DNA from: Octopus vulgaris
Lineage: Eukaryota
Direction of reading: 5' to 3'
Length of the DNA stretch: 64,000 bases
Assembly (NCBI GenBank): GCA_951406725.2
Contig: OX597816.1
Span: forward strand, 7,998,001 to 8,062,000
Both the position numbers and the translations under genes were made by a program. The notes beneath the pieces were generated by a model, which was not told where the DNA came from, searched no databases, and saw only the letters and a list, made by a program, of their open reading frames with translations. Numbering within the stretch: position 1 is the first letter of the stretch; every line of letters starts with the position of its first letter. This document shows positions 51,596 to 64,000 of this stretch, piece after piece.

Positions 51596-51731
51596 CAGGG
51601 GCGGACTGAGCCGTCGGTCAGTCGGCTCTGACGAGGCCCGCACTCTACATGTCAACTCTACTAATATCAATGCTAAGGGGCCCAGTAAACAGTTATGTCC
51701 GAGGGCCCTTAATACTCTCAGTCTGCCCCTG
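51596..51731. mobile_element. hAT-type MITE
   Basis: TIRs CAGGGGCGGACTGAG and CTCAGTCTGCCCCTG. The 8-bp flanks are CGACGAAA and CGACGAAG. Confidence 0.8.
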
Positions 51732-52499
51732 CGACGAAGTGATAAAGTTTATTACATTTACTACATTCAAACCAAAGTGGTTGGACTTACTTTATTAGCT
51801 GCCAGGGCAACAACTCTCAATATTCTAAAGCCGATAGCAACAATCGGCGCAGGAGCGGCTGTGTGGTAAGTAGCTTGTTTACCAACCACATGGTTCCGGG
51901 TTCAGTCCCACTGCGTGGCACCTTGGGCAAGTGTCTTCTACTATAGCCTCGGGCCGACCAAAGCTTTGTGAGTGGATTTGGTAGACGGAAACTGAATGAA
52001 GCCCGTCGTATATATGTGTATATATATATGCGTGTGTGTGTCTGTGTGTCTGTGTTTGTCCCCCTAGCATTGCTTGACAACCGATGCTGGTGTGTTTATG
52101 TCCCCGTAACTTAGCGGTTCGGCAAAAGAGACCGATAGAATAAGTACTGGGCTTGCAAAAGAATAAGTCCCGGGTTCGACTTGCTCGATTAAAGGCGGTG
52201 CTCCAGCATGGCCGCAGTCAAATGACTGAAACAAGTAAAAGAGTAAAAGAGTAAAAGAGTAAAGAGTAATCTCTTATTGACACAGGTCCCACTTGACCAA
52301 CTATTTTATAAGAACTACAGAATTGTCCATTCAGTGTATAAGCTTTGTTGTATTTTCAATCCAAAACCAACAAGGAAAATAGTTTGTGCTGTGGATAAAG
52401 TTCTGTTAATTGTTTATGAGTGTTGCGCATCGTTTATATGTAATCAGAACCCCATCCAACCACTAGCATCGCATTTCTTTCATTCTATGACCAACGTGA

Positions 52500-52800
52500 T
52501 AATACATAGCACGATGTACTGCAATAGCTTGGGTTTCAAGGGCCCACAGCTGTTTAACTGTCTGCCGAAGCATCTGAGGAGACTCCATGGAGTGGATGTA
52601 GACGTTTTCAAAGGTCAACTTGACCTCTGGCTCGCCGAGATCCCGGATGAGCCAATATCTAAGCAAGAAACTCAAAAGAAGGCAGTAGCATCGAACTCCA
52701 TCCTTCACCAGAAGCCGCTCCGACGAAGGTGGAAGGTGGAAAGATGATCACAATGGCGGTGCTCCAGCATGGCCACAGTCATTGGACTGAAACATATAAA
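52500..52800 (+). mobile_element. CR1/L2-group LINE 3' end sharing its tail with SINE family A
   Basis: NSLGFKGPQLFNCLPKHLR...FKGQLDLWLAEIPDEP...ASNSI, followed by GGCGGTGCTCCAGCATGGCCACAGTC...GACTGAAAC, the same motif that ends SINE A. Confidence 0.7.
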
Positions 52801-53897
52801 AGAAGAAAAGAATACCCTCGTGTTACGTTCTGAGTTCAAATTCCGCCGAGGTCGACTTTGCCTTTCATCCTTTCGGGGTCGATTAAATAAATACCAGTTA
52901 CGCACTGGGGTCGATGTAATCGACTTAATCCGTTTGTCTGTCTTTGTTTGTCCCCTCTATGTTTAACCCCTTATGGGTAGTAAAGAAATAGGTATCTAAC
53001 ACAAATAATTGATGGAACTAACTTATCTTCCAGTGATCCTTTATCTTCTGAATAATCCCCCAGTCAAAGGATGAACGGTTATTTCATGCAGGTTACAATT
53101 ACGGAACGTTAACCTTTATGCAATTTTACATTTTGAAATTATTGTTTGAGGTTTTACTGCGCTTTCTAGGCGCAGGAGTGGCTGTGTGGTAAGTAGCTTG
53201 CTAACCAACCACATGGTTCCAGGTTCAGTCCCACTGCGTGGCATCTTGGGCAAGTGTCTTCTGCTATAGCCCCGGGCCGACCAATGCCTTGTGAGTGGAT
53301 TTGGTAGACGGAAACTGAAAGAAGCCTGTCGTATATATGTATATATATGTATATATGTGTGTGTGTTTGTCCCCCTAGCATTGCTTGACAACCGATGCTG
53401 GTGTGTTTATGTCCCCGTTGCTTAGCGGTTCGGCAAAAGAGACCGATAGAATAAGTACTGGGCTTACAAAAAGAATAAGTCCCGGGGTCGAGTTACTCGA
53501 TTAAAGGCGGTGCTCCAGCATGGCCGCAGTCAAATGACTGAAACAAGTAAAAGAGTAAAAGAGTAAAAGAGAGTATTCCACCCCGGCCGACTTCATTTGA
53601 CCCGTCAACCAACCGTCCCTCCCCAAAAGAAACATATTGATTCTTACAATAATTTCAGCTTTTTTTTTTATTGACGTTTTCATTCTTTTGTTATATGATT
53701 CGGTCTCCGTTAAAATCAATCATATCAGATCGATGAATTCCGAAAATATATTTATTACAATTGATCTTATACTCTTTTATTCAATATAAAAATTATTTCA
53801 AAAACATTTTCTATGAATAAAACCGTTTAATTCAAATTCTGCTTTTAAATGTTGACCTTAAAAAAAAAATGTTTTTAAATTTTCACAACCAAACAAT

Positions 53898-54108
53898 AAC
53901 ATCGAATTTCTGCAAGATTTTGATGTTAAGCCAAATCTGGAATGGTCGGATTTTTGATTTTCGGTAGACTCTCCCTCTCCCCACGTGAGTCTCGAGGAAA
54001 ACTTTATGTCGTCGATTGACTTGATCGAAAATAGCAGCCAAGCCCGCCTGAAATCAAACACTAACGTCTCAGAATGGGAAGACAATATAACCGTTTCTAC
54101 TATAGGCG
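53898..54108 (+). repeat. About 210-bp direct repeat, copy 1 (copy 2 at about 56510-56719)
   Basis: ACATCGAAT...TAGACTCTCCCTCTCCCCACGTGAGTCTCGAGGAAAAC...CCGTTTCTAC(T/C)ATAGGC is present twice. Confidence 0.85.
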
Positions 54109-54274
54109 CAAGGCCTGAAATTTGGGGGATTACATTGTTCCCAGTGCTCGACTGGTACTTGTATCGACCCCGAAAGGGATGATAGGCAAAGTCGACTTCG
54201 ACGGAATTTGAACTCAGAACGTAAGAACGGACGAAATGCTGCTAAGCAATTTGCCCGGCATGCAAATGATTCTT

Positions 54275-55037
54275 TTATACTCTAGGCACAAGGCCCGAAA
54301 TTTTTGGGTAGGGGACCAGTCGATTAGATCTATCCCAGTACGCAACTGGTACTTAATTTATCGACTCCGAAAGGATGAAAGGCAAAGTCGACCTCGACGG
54401 AATTTGAACTAATAATGTAAAGACAGACGAAATACCTATTTCTTTACTAGCCACAAGGGGCTACACACAGAGAGGACAAACAAGGACAGACAAAGGGATT
54501 AAGTCGATTACATGGTCCCCAGTGCGTAACTGGTACTTATTTAATCGATCCCGAAAGGATGAAAGGTAAAGTCGACCTCGACGGAATTTGAACTCAGAAT
54601 GTAAAGACAGACGAAATACCTATTTCTTTACTACCCACAAGGGGCTAAACATAGAGGGGACAAACAAGGACAGACAAACGGATTAAGTCGATTATATCGA
54701 CCTCAGTGCGTCACTGGTACTTAATTTATTGACCCCAAAAGGATGAAAGGTAAAGTCGACCTCGACGGAATTTGAACTCAGAATGTAAAGACAGATGAAA
54801 TACCTATTTCTTTACTACCCACAAGGGCCTAAACACAGAGAGGACAAACAAGGACAGACAAAGGGATTAAGTCGATTATATCGACCTCAGTGCGTAACTG
54901 GTACTTAATTTATCGACCCCGAAAGGATGAAAGGTAAAGTTGACCTCGACGGAATTTGAACTCAGAATGTAAAGACAGACGAAATACCGCTATGTATTTC
55001 GCCCGGCGTGCTAACATTTCCGCCAGCTTGCTGCCTT
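54275..55037 (-). repeat. Head-to-tail tandem array of SINE-B-derived units (about 183 bp)
   Basis: The unit ...GGATGAAAGGTAAAGTCGACCTCGACGGAATTTGAACTCAGAATGTAAAGACAGA... recurs about four times. Confidence 0.85.
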
Positions 55038-55508
55038 GACATTAGATAATATAATCTTAGGATATGTTCGCTGAAAATAAGATGGAATGGTCGCAGTTGG
55101 AATGCCGTTGACATTCGATCTGCTCCTTCAGAGCTGACACGAAGCTAAGCATTAACAACTCACAAATGGGTGTCAGCGGAATACTCTGCCATTTACCCCA
55201 TAACACATCCCCTTCAAATGTTGGATTGGATTTCTCTTTCAAAACTCAATATATCTTTTATTTTTTTCTTTTGCATCTTTTAGTCATTTGACTGCGGCCA
55301 TACTGGGGCACCGCGTTGAAGAATTTTTAGACGAGTGAATCGTTCCCAGTACTTATTCTGTCGGTACCTTTTGCTGAGGTGCTCAGTCACGGGGACATAA
55401 GCACACCAATACCGGACGTCTAGTAGGAGTTTTTGCATGTGTGCGTATATATATAAAGCCTTGTGAGTAGATTTGATCAACGGAAACTGAAAGAATCACG
55501 TTTTAAAT

Positions 55509-55545
<37 letters not shown>

Positions 55546-57978
55546 TGTGTGTGAGTCTGTGTAAACACGACTATGCTCAAATTATTTTCTTATTAATCTT
55601 TTATAATTGGTTTAGACCCTCACAAACTCATTTTCCCAATAAACTGTTAGGATAGCGCCTTGTCACGTGTTCTGCGGTAAGTCTCAAAGAATCTTGGGGA
55701 ATAATTTTATAAATGAAAGAAAATCCTCACCACTGGACATAAAAATCAAGAAATGGTAAACCCAAGAAGATTTCCTTATTTTAGGTTTGTAGTTTATTAT
55801 TGGTGGAACCGCTGTGGTTATTCTTCTTCTTTTCTACAATTGTCCATAAAACTGGAATACAGTAAGTTGCTGCTTTTCTACGCAATTTTATTTCATATGC
55901 TTCGTTATAAGGAGTGACACTGGCTGTTTGTTGTTTATGCACGGTCAATCGTCGATAAAGTGTTGTACTTGTGTGACTCATGTAACAGTTTGAGTCATGG
56001 AGTTTACAATTTTTGCTTATATTGAAAATTTGTATCTTGGTTGTCTACAATGTGTTCTATATTTTGCTTATTAGAATATGGGGACAATTATGGATATTAG
56101 ATATAAAGTACGAAGCTACCATAAAGAAAGGTTTGAAATCAAAGACATGATATATTAATATGATAGAAATCCTCACAATTCTGCTAAAGCCTTACTGTCA
56201 ATCCTTTAAAGTTTCAGTTCTAACAACGCATATATTCATATTGAAACAATTTTACACGCTACTTTTATTGAAGATTTGAGAAATAAGAACATACCATGCA
56301 GTTTGAACTGGAAAATCATGGCTAAATCTAAATCTTGATCGAATTACAAAAGACTGTAAAACTATTAAATAAATGTAACTCTTTTTGCGGAGACACAACT
56401 ACACAATAGACGTTTAGAGACGTTTGTTACCATCAAATATTTAAGGCTTACAATTTCATATCCTAATAGATAATAGGACTTTAACCAGTTTTACGCATTC
56501 ACAACGTTCACATCGAATCTCTGCAAAATTTTGATGTTAAACCAAATCTGGAATGGTCGAAATTTTGATTTTTCAGTAGACTCTCCCTCTCCCCACGTGA
56601 GTCTCGAGGAAAACTTTATGTGGTCGATTGACTTGATCGAAAATAGCAGCCAAGCCCGCCTGGAATCAAACACTAACATCTCAGAATGGGAAGACAATAT
56701 AACCGTTTCTACCATAGGCATCACATCCGTTGATTTTTTCCTTCTCTTCTTCCCAAAAGAAAAGCTTTACTTTGTATTTTGTCCCTTCAGTGTTCGGCCC
56801 TGCATAGCCAATAAAGAAATCTATCTTCTACCTTACCTTTGCACTTTAACATCCCACCTCTAAACATATGCAACTATCGGCATCCATATTGTTATCTAAC
56901 GATGATGGTCGGCATCTGCTCTTATTCCCTTATATAATAGACACATATCATGGGAACATCATGGCACCAAATTGTCTTTCATTACGAGCAACACGGAACG
57001 AAAGCCACCACAATCTTTCCAAATGTTGGACCTCATTTTCACTGAGATTCCCTACTGGCGAATGCATATCTTTAAGATACATCCTCGTATATATATGTAG
57101 TGGATCTTGCAGGCATGAAGTGGATTCGATCCACCATAGCCAAATTTCAAGTAACAGTTCAACAGAACTTTTCTCGCGGTGGAACAATGTTTTTTTTTCA
57201 GTGACAGCAGTTTTACATATGCCAAATGCCTTTAGCTAGGCCGAAACAATGTCTTCGCCTCTTGACCCTTCTAACCTCTTATAGACCACCAAAAGCTAGA
57301 ATTAAGATAACAAGTACCACCAGCTAAATCCATTGTTCTCATCGATATGTCTATCCTTCTGAATAGTTATAAAAACAAGAACTCCCAAGCAAAAATCAGC
57401 TAGTCACTTGGTGACAACTCGTGAGTTGAGAGAGAGCTGACATCAACTAGTGAACCGACCACTAGAATCATGGCCACAGGCAGGCAGACAAACGGCCAGA
57501 GGGAAAAAGAAAGAAGTTTAGAATCAGCGACTATACGAGACCCAACTTCCCACACTCTCTCACTTTCTCTTCTCTGCACATTACCATATCTCTGTCTCTC
57601 TATGGTTTACTACTACAATAAGAACAGACAGGCCGAAATTAACTTTTTCACTTCGCATGCTCTAGGATTTTATCACCTGCCCGTCGAGGCAAGGTATTGT
57701 ATAATGTAACGGTAAAAATAAATATTTTCTTCACAACTTCAATCACTGTTCTTTCATCCTTACATAATGAAGAATCTCAAACTTCATCAAACAAATCTTC
57801 AATCGTTACATAGGCGCAGGAGTGGCTGTGTGGTAAATAGCTTGCTAACCAACCACATGGTTCCGGGTTCAGTCCCACTGCGTGGCATCTTGGGCAAGTG
57901 TCTTCTGCTATAGCCCCGGGCCGACCAATGCCTTGCGAGTGGATTTGGTAGACGGAAACTGAAAGAAGCCTGTCGTAT

Positions 57979-58063
<85 letters not shown>

Positions 58064-58363
58064 GTGTGTTTGTGTGTCTGTGTTTGTCCCCCTAGCATTG
58101 CTTGACAACTGATGCTGGTGTATTTACGTTCCCGTCACTTAGCGGTTCGGCAAAAAGAGACCGATAGAATAAGTACTGGGCTTACAAAGAATAAGTCCCG
58201 GGGTCGATTTGCTCGACTAAAGGCGGTGCTCCAGCATGGCCGCAGTCAAATGACTGAAACAAGTAAAAGAGTAAAGAGTATACCACTTTTGTGGTCAGAA
58301 CTTACTCTTCTACGATATTAGTGAATTTTTATTTATTTCCTGATGCATTTCTCTTAAAATAGT

Positions 58364-58422
<59 letters not shown>

Positions 58423-58441
58423 CACACACACACACGCACGC

Positions 58442-58503
<62 letters not shown>

Positions 58504-59126
58504 TTGTGGAAGTTGAAAAGCTATTTTATTTTTCGGTACAAAAGTTATTATAAAGCATGTTTTTATCTTTACGAAAGATTTCCGTCGGAATTCCACAGAG
58601 GTTATGACATTTCCGCCCGAAATTCCAGAACATACTTTTCAGGAAAGCATTATTTCCGCAAAAAGTTGGTCGGTTGTGATTATACAACCGTATATGTCCA
58701 GCAGTTGTTATCGCCGCTTTTCATACTTCTAGCGTCGGCCATATTTTAATCATTTTGTTTTATACATTTGCATGCAGTTGCTTAGTTCCAAGGTCGGCTT
58801 TGTTACTGGGAAATACACACACACACACACATATATATATACATACAGGCAAACATACATGCATACATACAGGCAAACATACATACATACATACATACAT
58901 ACATACATACATACGAGCATGTCTAGATATGTAACTATATGCATGAGAATACATACATACATACATACATACATACATACATACGTACATACGTACATAC
59001 GTACATACGTACGTACATACATACATACATACATACATACATACATACATACATACATACATACATACATGCATGCATGCATACAACGCATACCTACATA
59101 CATACATACATACATACATACATACA

Positions 59127-59156
<30 letters not shown>

Positions 59157-59158
<2 letters not shown>

Positions 59159-60350
59159 AAATGCCTTTCAATGTCGCATCATATTCCTTCGGCAACATCT
59201 TTTAACTACCAAGCGCGAGGAGCATCCCTTGACCAAGTTTGCATACATGAAGCTAATAACATCATAAGACTTGGAAGGCAGCTCCTTGAGCAACAGTCTT
59301 TATCTGATAACCTAGAATACATGCCCAAAGAAGTCGCACGACTCTACCGCAACGTATCATCAGATGAAAGGATGAGTCTATACGAGCAGAAGACTATGCA
59401 AGGATATGTTAGTAAAAAGCTCCGTGGTGATAGTTACATCATCAAAGCAGTTTATCACGGACCAATAGCCGGATTACTACGTCCCACTTTGAAGGGTATG
59501 TGTTTGCAATCCAGGAACAGGATACACGAAAGGGAGATGCGGGAAAAACCTGTAAAATGTGACAACCGATGGCAGACTTTGCGGAGTTCACATCATAAGT
59601 GGTTGTCTGAAAATGTCATCACGGTATTATCTACCGATGAGACATGATGTTGTAGCTAGGATACTTTATAATGAAATCCGTCTGAAGGATAACCCTTAGG
59701 ACAAAGAAATAAGAACCCACAATATGGTAGAAGCCATAGCCACTCATAATGAAAAGGAATACTGGTGGAATGTACCGGTGAAGACCTCAATAAAATGTGA
59801 GCACAACAGACCAGATATAATGATTTGGGATAGAGAAGAGAAACTGTGTACAGTTGTGGAAATTAGCTGAAGATCAATGAAAAAGAGAACATCTATGCTG
59901 AACTATTGAGAAATCTGCAGTTACTCTATCCAGATTACAAGATCAGGTTTATACCTGTAATTATTGGGGCCCCGGGATATGTAACGTATTGCCTAAATAC
60001 CAAACTCGAGAAATTAGGCTTCTCAAAACTAGAAAGTAGACAGCTAATTCGAAGACTACAGATTCAATCCATCACTGGAATTGTAAAAATCTGTAAAACT
60101 TTCCAGAAGCTTATCATTTAAATATATATGAGTATGTCTAGATATATGTAACTATATGCATGAGAATACATACATAAAACATACAAATCTGCACATACAT
60201 ACATACATACATACATACATACATACATACATACATACAAAAATACTCTGTGGTTGATGTTGAAATTCCAATGAAGGAACCTTGGATCTAGGTTAGAAAC
60301 CGGTTCTTTCTCTATTGGCAAGAAATCTTGAAATAAACTGAATAATGACA
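59157..60350 (+). mobile_element. R4/Dong-like RLE LINE 3' portion in (TACA)n
   Basis: FEGYVFAIQEQ, HIISGC...RHDVVAR (CCHC knuckle region), YWWNVPVKT...HNRPDIMIWD...VVEIS...EKENIY...IPVIIGA. It is frameshifted and (TACA)n lies on both sides. Confidence 0.85.
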
Positions 60351-60618
60351 CACACACACATACACACACAAACATAAAGACAGACAGACAGACCAAAATC
60401 AACCAACAGGCCCGTACATTGCAAATACAGTCTATTGGCGGAATGGTAAAACTTTGCAAGGTTTAAAATACGACATTGTTTTCGTTATCCACATTCCAAC
60501 GATGAAGCTTTGCATCTTTGTTAAGAACTAGCTCCTTTTTCAAAGGAAGAATTTAAATAATTAAAAATAGAAAAGAAACATACATACATGTATGTGTGTG
60601 TGTGTGTGTGTATTTATA

Positions 60619-60690
<72 letters not shown>

Positions 60691-60770
60691 ATTCAAAATG
60701 TGACCGCGTGTGTACCGTTGGCGATTTTTTTTCCTCCATCTTCCCTTCTTTGGATCTTTCCTTTTCCTAT

Positions 60771-60806
60771 GTTTCTGACAAAGAGCCCCCGCTCGAAACG
60801 TTAAAC
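60771..60806 (+). ncRNA. Degenerate minimal hammerhead motif (G8A)
   Basis: gttt-CTGACAA-A-GAGC-cccc-GCTC-GAAA-C-GTT-aaac, same family as 49296-49328. Confidence 0.5.
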
Positions 60807-60913
60807 CCTCCTTCTTTCCTTCTTTCCTGAGCGTCCAATAACACTATACTTGTTCCACGTCCTCGCGTTGTTGTGCTTTCATGTTTGGATTAACTATATA
60901 TATATAAAACATA

Positions 60914-60961
<48 letters not shown>

Positions 60962-60964
<3 letters not shown>

Positions 60965-62217
60965 GGGTTGGTCAAAATAATGGAAACACCTTAAAATTTC
61001 AAACAAATTAATTTTAATATAGGGTAGGACCGCCTTTGGCAGTAATTACAGCTTGAATTCTACGAGGTATGGATTCGTACAAAGTTTGAATTGTTTCCAA
61101 AAGAATTTTTGTCTATTCTTCAGCTAAAACAAACTCCTGTTCTTGTAGTGATGAAGGTGGAGGATATCGAATCCTTACTTGTTTTTCTAAAATGCACCAT
61201 AAATGCTCAATAATATTGAGATCTGGGGACTGTGGTGGCCAGATAAGATGTTCAACTTCACTAGAATGTTCCTCGTGTCATTCAGTAGCAACTTTAGCTG
61301 TGTGAATTGGTGCATTATGATCCTGAAAGATGGCATTTCCCTCCGGAAGCAGTTCTGCAACCATAGGATGAATTTGATGAGATAAAATGCTTAAATAGTC
61401 TTGACTATTAATTCTACCATGAAGGGAAACCATTGGGCCGGCGGTTTCCAAGATATAGCCCCCCTCCCCCCGATCATCACAGTTCCTCCTCCATGTTTAA
61501 CAGCTGGAAGAAGGCAGTCTGGGTCAATTGTTTCTTTTGGCTGTCTCCACACGTATACTCAGCCAGTGGTCGGAAATAAGGTAAAGGAAGACTCGTCCGA
61601 GAAAATAACATTCTTCCACTGCTCTAGGGACTAATTCTGTAGGTTTTTACTCCACTCTAAACGCTTTGCAACTTTTGTTTTTGAAAGTAGTGGTTTTCTG
61701 ATTGCAACCCTCACGTGAAATCCAGCTTTGTGCAGCTCCCGGCAAGCGGTTTTTGTGGAAACTGGGTTCTCGAGGTGGTCATTAAACCCTGCAGTAATTT
61801 TGGGAGCCGCACTTTTGTGATCCTTTCTAAAAATACGCGTAAGAGTCCAACGGTGTCTACATGAAAGTTTTGCTTCGACGAGGAGGTTTTTTCCCTCTTT
61901 CCCAAAGGCTGTCATTACTTCCGAGACAGTACTTCTTGATACACCAAACATTTCGGCTGTTTTCGTTACGCTAGCGCCTGCCATACGAGCACCAACAATT
62001 TGAGGTCTTTGAAAGTCTGATAGATCTGTCATTTTAATGGATTTTAATTACCTTTTTCTGAGGATATCTGAAAAGAAACAGCAATTTTAGCAAAACATAT
62101 TAAGCAACACTAATAATAAATCAAAAAACAAAAATTAACAGACTTTTGACAGTTTTATAGATATTTCAAAATTATGATGCTATGATGCTTGGTGTTTCCA
62201 TTATTTTCTTCAACCTG
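60962..62217 (-). mobile_element. Tc1-like element with TIRs and decayed transposase
   Basis: TA|CAGGGGTTGGTCAAAATAATGGAAACACC ... GGTGTTTCCATTATTTTCTTCAACCTG. Translations include MTDLSDFQR.QIVGARMAGASVTKTAE, VIFSDESSF, FQDHNAPIH and SPDLNIIEHLW. Confidence 0.92.
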
Positions 62218-62239
62218 TGTGTATGTGTGTGTATGTATG

Positions 62240-62325
<86 letters not shown>

Positions 62326-62326
<1 letters not shown>

Positions 62327-62527
62327 CTTTACTAGAATGTTCCTCGTGCCATTCAGTAACAACTTTAGCTGTGTGAATTGGTGCATTATGATCCTGAAAG
62401 ATGGTATTTCCCTCCGGAAGTAGTTCTGCAACCAGAGGATGAATTTGATGAGATAAAATGCTTAAATAGTCTTGACTATTAATTCTACCATGAAGGGAAA
62501 CCATTGGGCCGGCGGTTTCCAAGATAT
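62326..62527 (-). mobile_element. Duplicated internal Tc1 fragment
   Basis: Near-identical to about 61258-61457 and abutting the Penelope RT. Confidence 0.85.
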
Positions 62528-63990
62528 AGACACCCTGTTAAAACAACTCCTCAAACATGTCAAAAGCTATACAAGGGACGACTTGGATATGCTCAATCAC
62601 CTACCGAATACTATAAACAAAAACACCACACTGGTATCCTTCGATGTTGTCAACCTCTACTCCAATATCCCCCAAAACCTAGGACTAGAGGCAATCCAAT
62701 TCTGGCTAGAGAATCACGCCAACGAACTACCACATCGCATCAAAAAAGAATTCGTGATAGAAGGGGTTAAATTCATCCTGGAAAATAACTTCTTCGCCTT
62801 CAAAGACAACTTCTACCGACAAAAATCGGGGACTGCGATGGGTACACGAATGGCCCCCTCCTTTGCCAACCTAGTCATAGGATATCTAGAGATCAGTCTG
62901 TATCGTAAGGTTCTAGAAAGATATGGCAGCCCTTTCTCCATCTACATAGAAAACAACTGGAAGAGATATCTAGATGACTGTTTCATTCTTTGGCATAAAA
63001 ATATAGAAAAACTCATAGAATTCCAAGAAATTTTAAACGGACTGGACGTAAACATCCAATTCACGATGGAATATAGCCAGCAACAACTCCCCTTCCTCGA
63101 TATCCTCATTAAGAAAGCTAATAATGTAATAGAAACAGACATATATTATAAGCCTACAGATTCTAAGCAATATCTTCCATTCAATTCATGCCACCCCAGA
63201 CACACCAGGATGAATATCCCCTTCAATCTAGCAAAAAGGATATGCACTATAGTTTCTAATGCAAACACCAGAGACACACGACTACAAGAACTAAAAGATA
63301 CCCTTTCACCAGGAACTACCCACCTTCACTTATTGACATGTGCATTCAACGTGCCCTTCAACTTAACATCAAGGAACTGAGACATCCCAAATCAAAGAAA
63401 AACTTACGACCAAAAGCCTTACCATACATCTCCACACACAACCCTCTCAATAATGAAGCATTCGGCACCATCCTCCACAACATGCCCCTCCTAAAAAAAG
63501 ACCACAGAATGAACACAATCCTCCAAACACACACGATCATAAAAAGCAAGAGACAGCCTAAATCTATGAAAAGTCTCCTAACACAAGCCCGAATACACTC
63601 TTCAACACAAGCCGACAGTAAAAAAATATGGAACACCCAATTGCGGGATATGCGATTATCTAATTGAGGGATCAGAGTTCTCCTTCAAACAGGGACAACG
63701 GTTTACAGTGAAAAGCAACTTCACATGTGCTTCGGAGAACCTAATATACTCACTAACCTGCTCCGGGTGTCAAGAGCAGTACATAGGCCAAACAAAAAAT
63801 AGTTTGCGTAAAAGAATGGCCCTGCACAGATCCCAGATAAAATTCCCCAAAACAGAAAAATAGCTTTCAGCCAACACATAGATACTTGCGCCAACAACAA
63901 AACACCAGGCTTCAGGATTTTCCCCCTCTACCAATTTAACGGGTCTACGACAAACGATTAATATACCTCAACTTTAGAATAAAAGAAATA
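62528..63990 (+). mobile_element. 5'-truncated Penelope-like element (RT + Cys-rich linker + GIY-YIG), frameshifted
   Basis: LVSFDVVNLYSNIP, YRQKSGTAMGTRMAPSFANL, WKRYLDDCF, LPFLDI, YYKPTDSKQYL..SCHP. After frameshifts: CGICDYL...FTCASENLIYSLTCSGCQEQYIGQT...LRKRMALHRSQI. Confidence 0.93.
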
Positions 63991-64000
63991 CACACACAAA

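Noticed and set aside
51630-51690. CTGACGA-GGCCC...GGGCC hammerhead-like start
   Set aside because: No GAAA follows the stem, and it lies within a hAT MITE.
57250-57810. Possible solo LTR ending in TTACA (similarly about 35120-35943)
   Set aside because: No matching 5' TG terminus, TSD, PBS or internal domain could be identified.

Overview
This is a repeat-dense animal genomic window. The SINE repertoire, the (TA)n/(TACA)n/(TAA)n microsatellites and the AT content resemble a coleoid cephalopod, probably Octopus (inference). Only one host coding exon is well supported: a minus-strand RING1-IBR exon of an RNF217-like RBR E3 ligase (2404-3032). The rest is mobile DNA: at least three tRNA-like SINE families, RTE LINEs and RTE-tail elements, R4/Dong-like RLE LINEs in microsatellites, CR1/L2 3' ends, Penelope-like elements (RT plus GIY-YIG), Tc1, pogo/Tigger, hAT, non-autonomous Helitrons and several MITEs. 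The most notable unannotated signal is a set of about ten type I hammerhead-ribozyme motifs, mostly in short (TA)n-flanked elements. These comprise one fully canonical GUC hammerhead (47379-47482), a CUGANGA-A minimal family, three identical copies with a CUGUUGA (A6U) core, and a possible G3:C8-swapped core. Most listed ORFs are microsatellite or SINE translation artefacts. Coordinates were counted by eye, so repeat boundaries are approximate.
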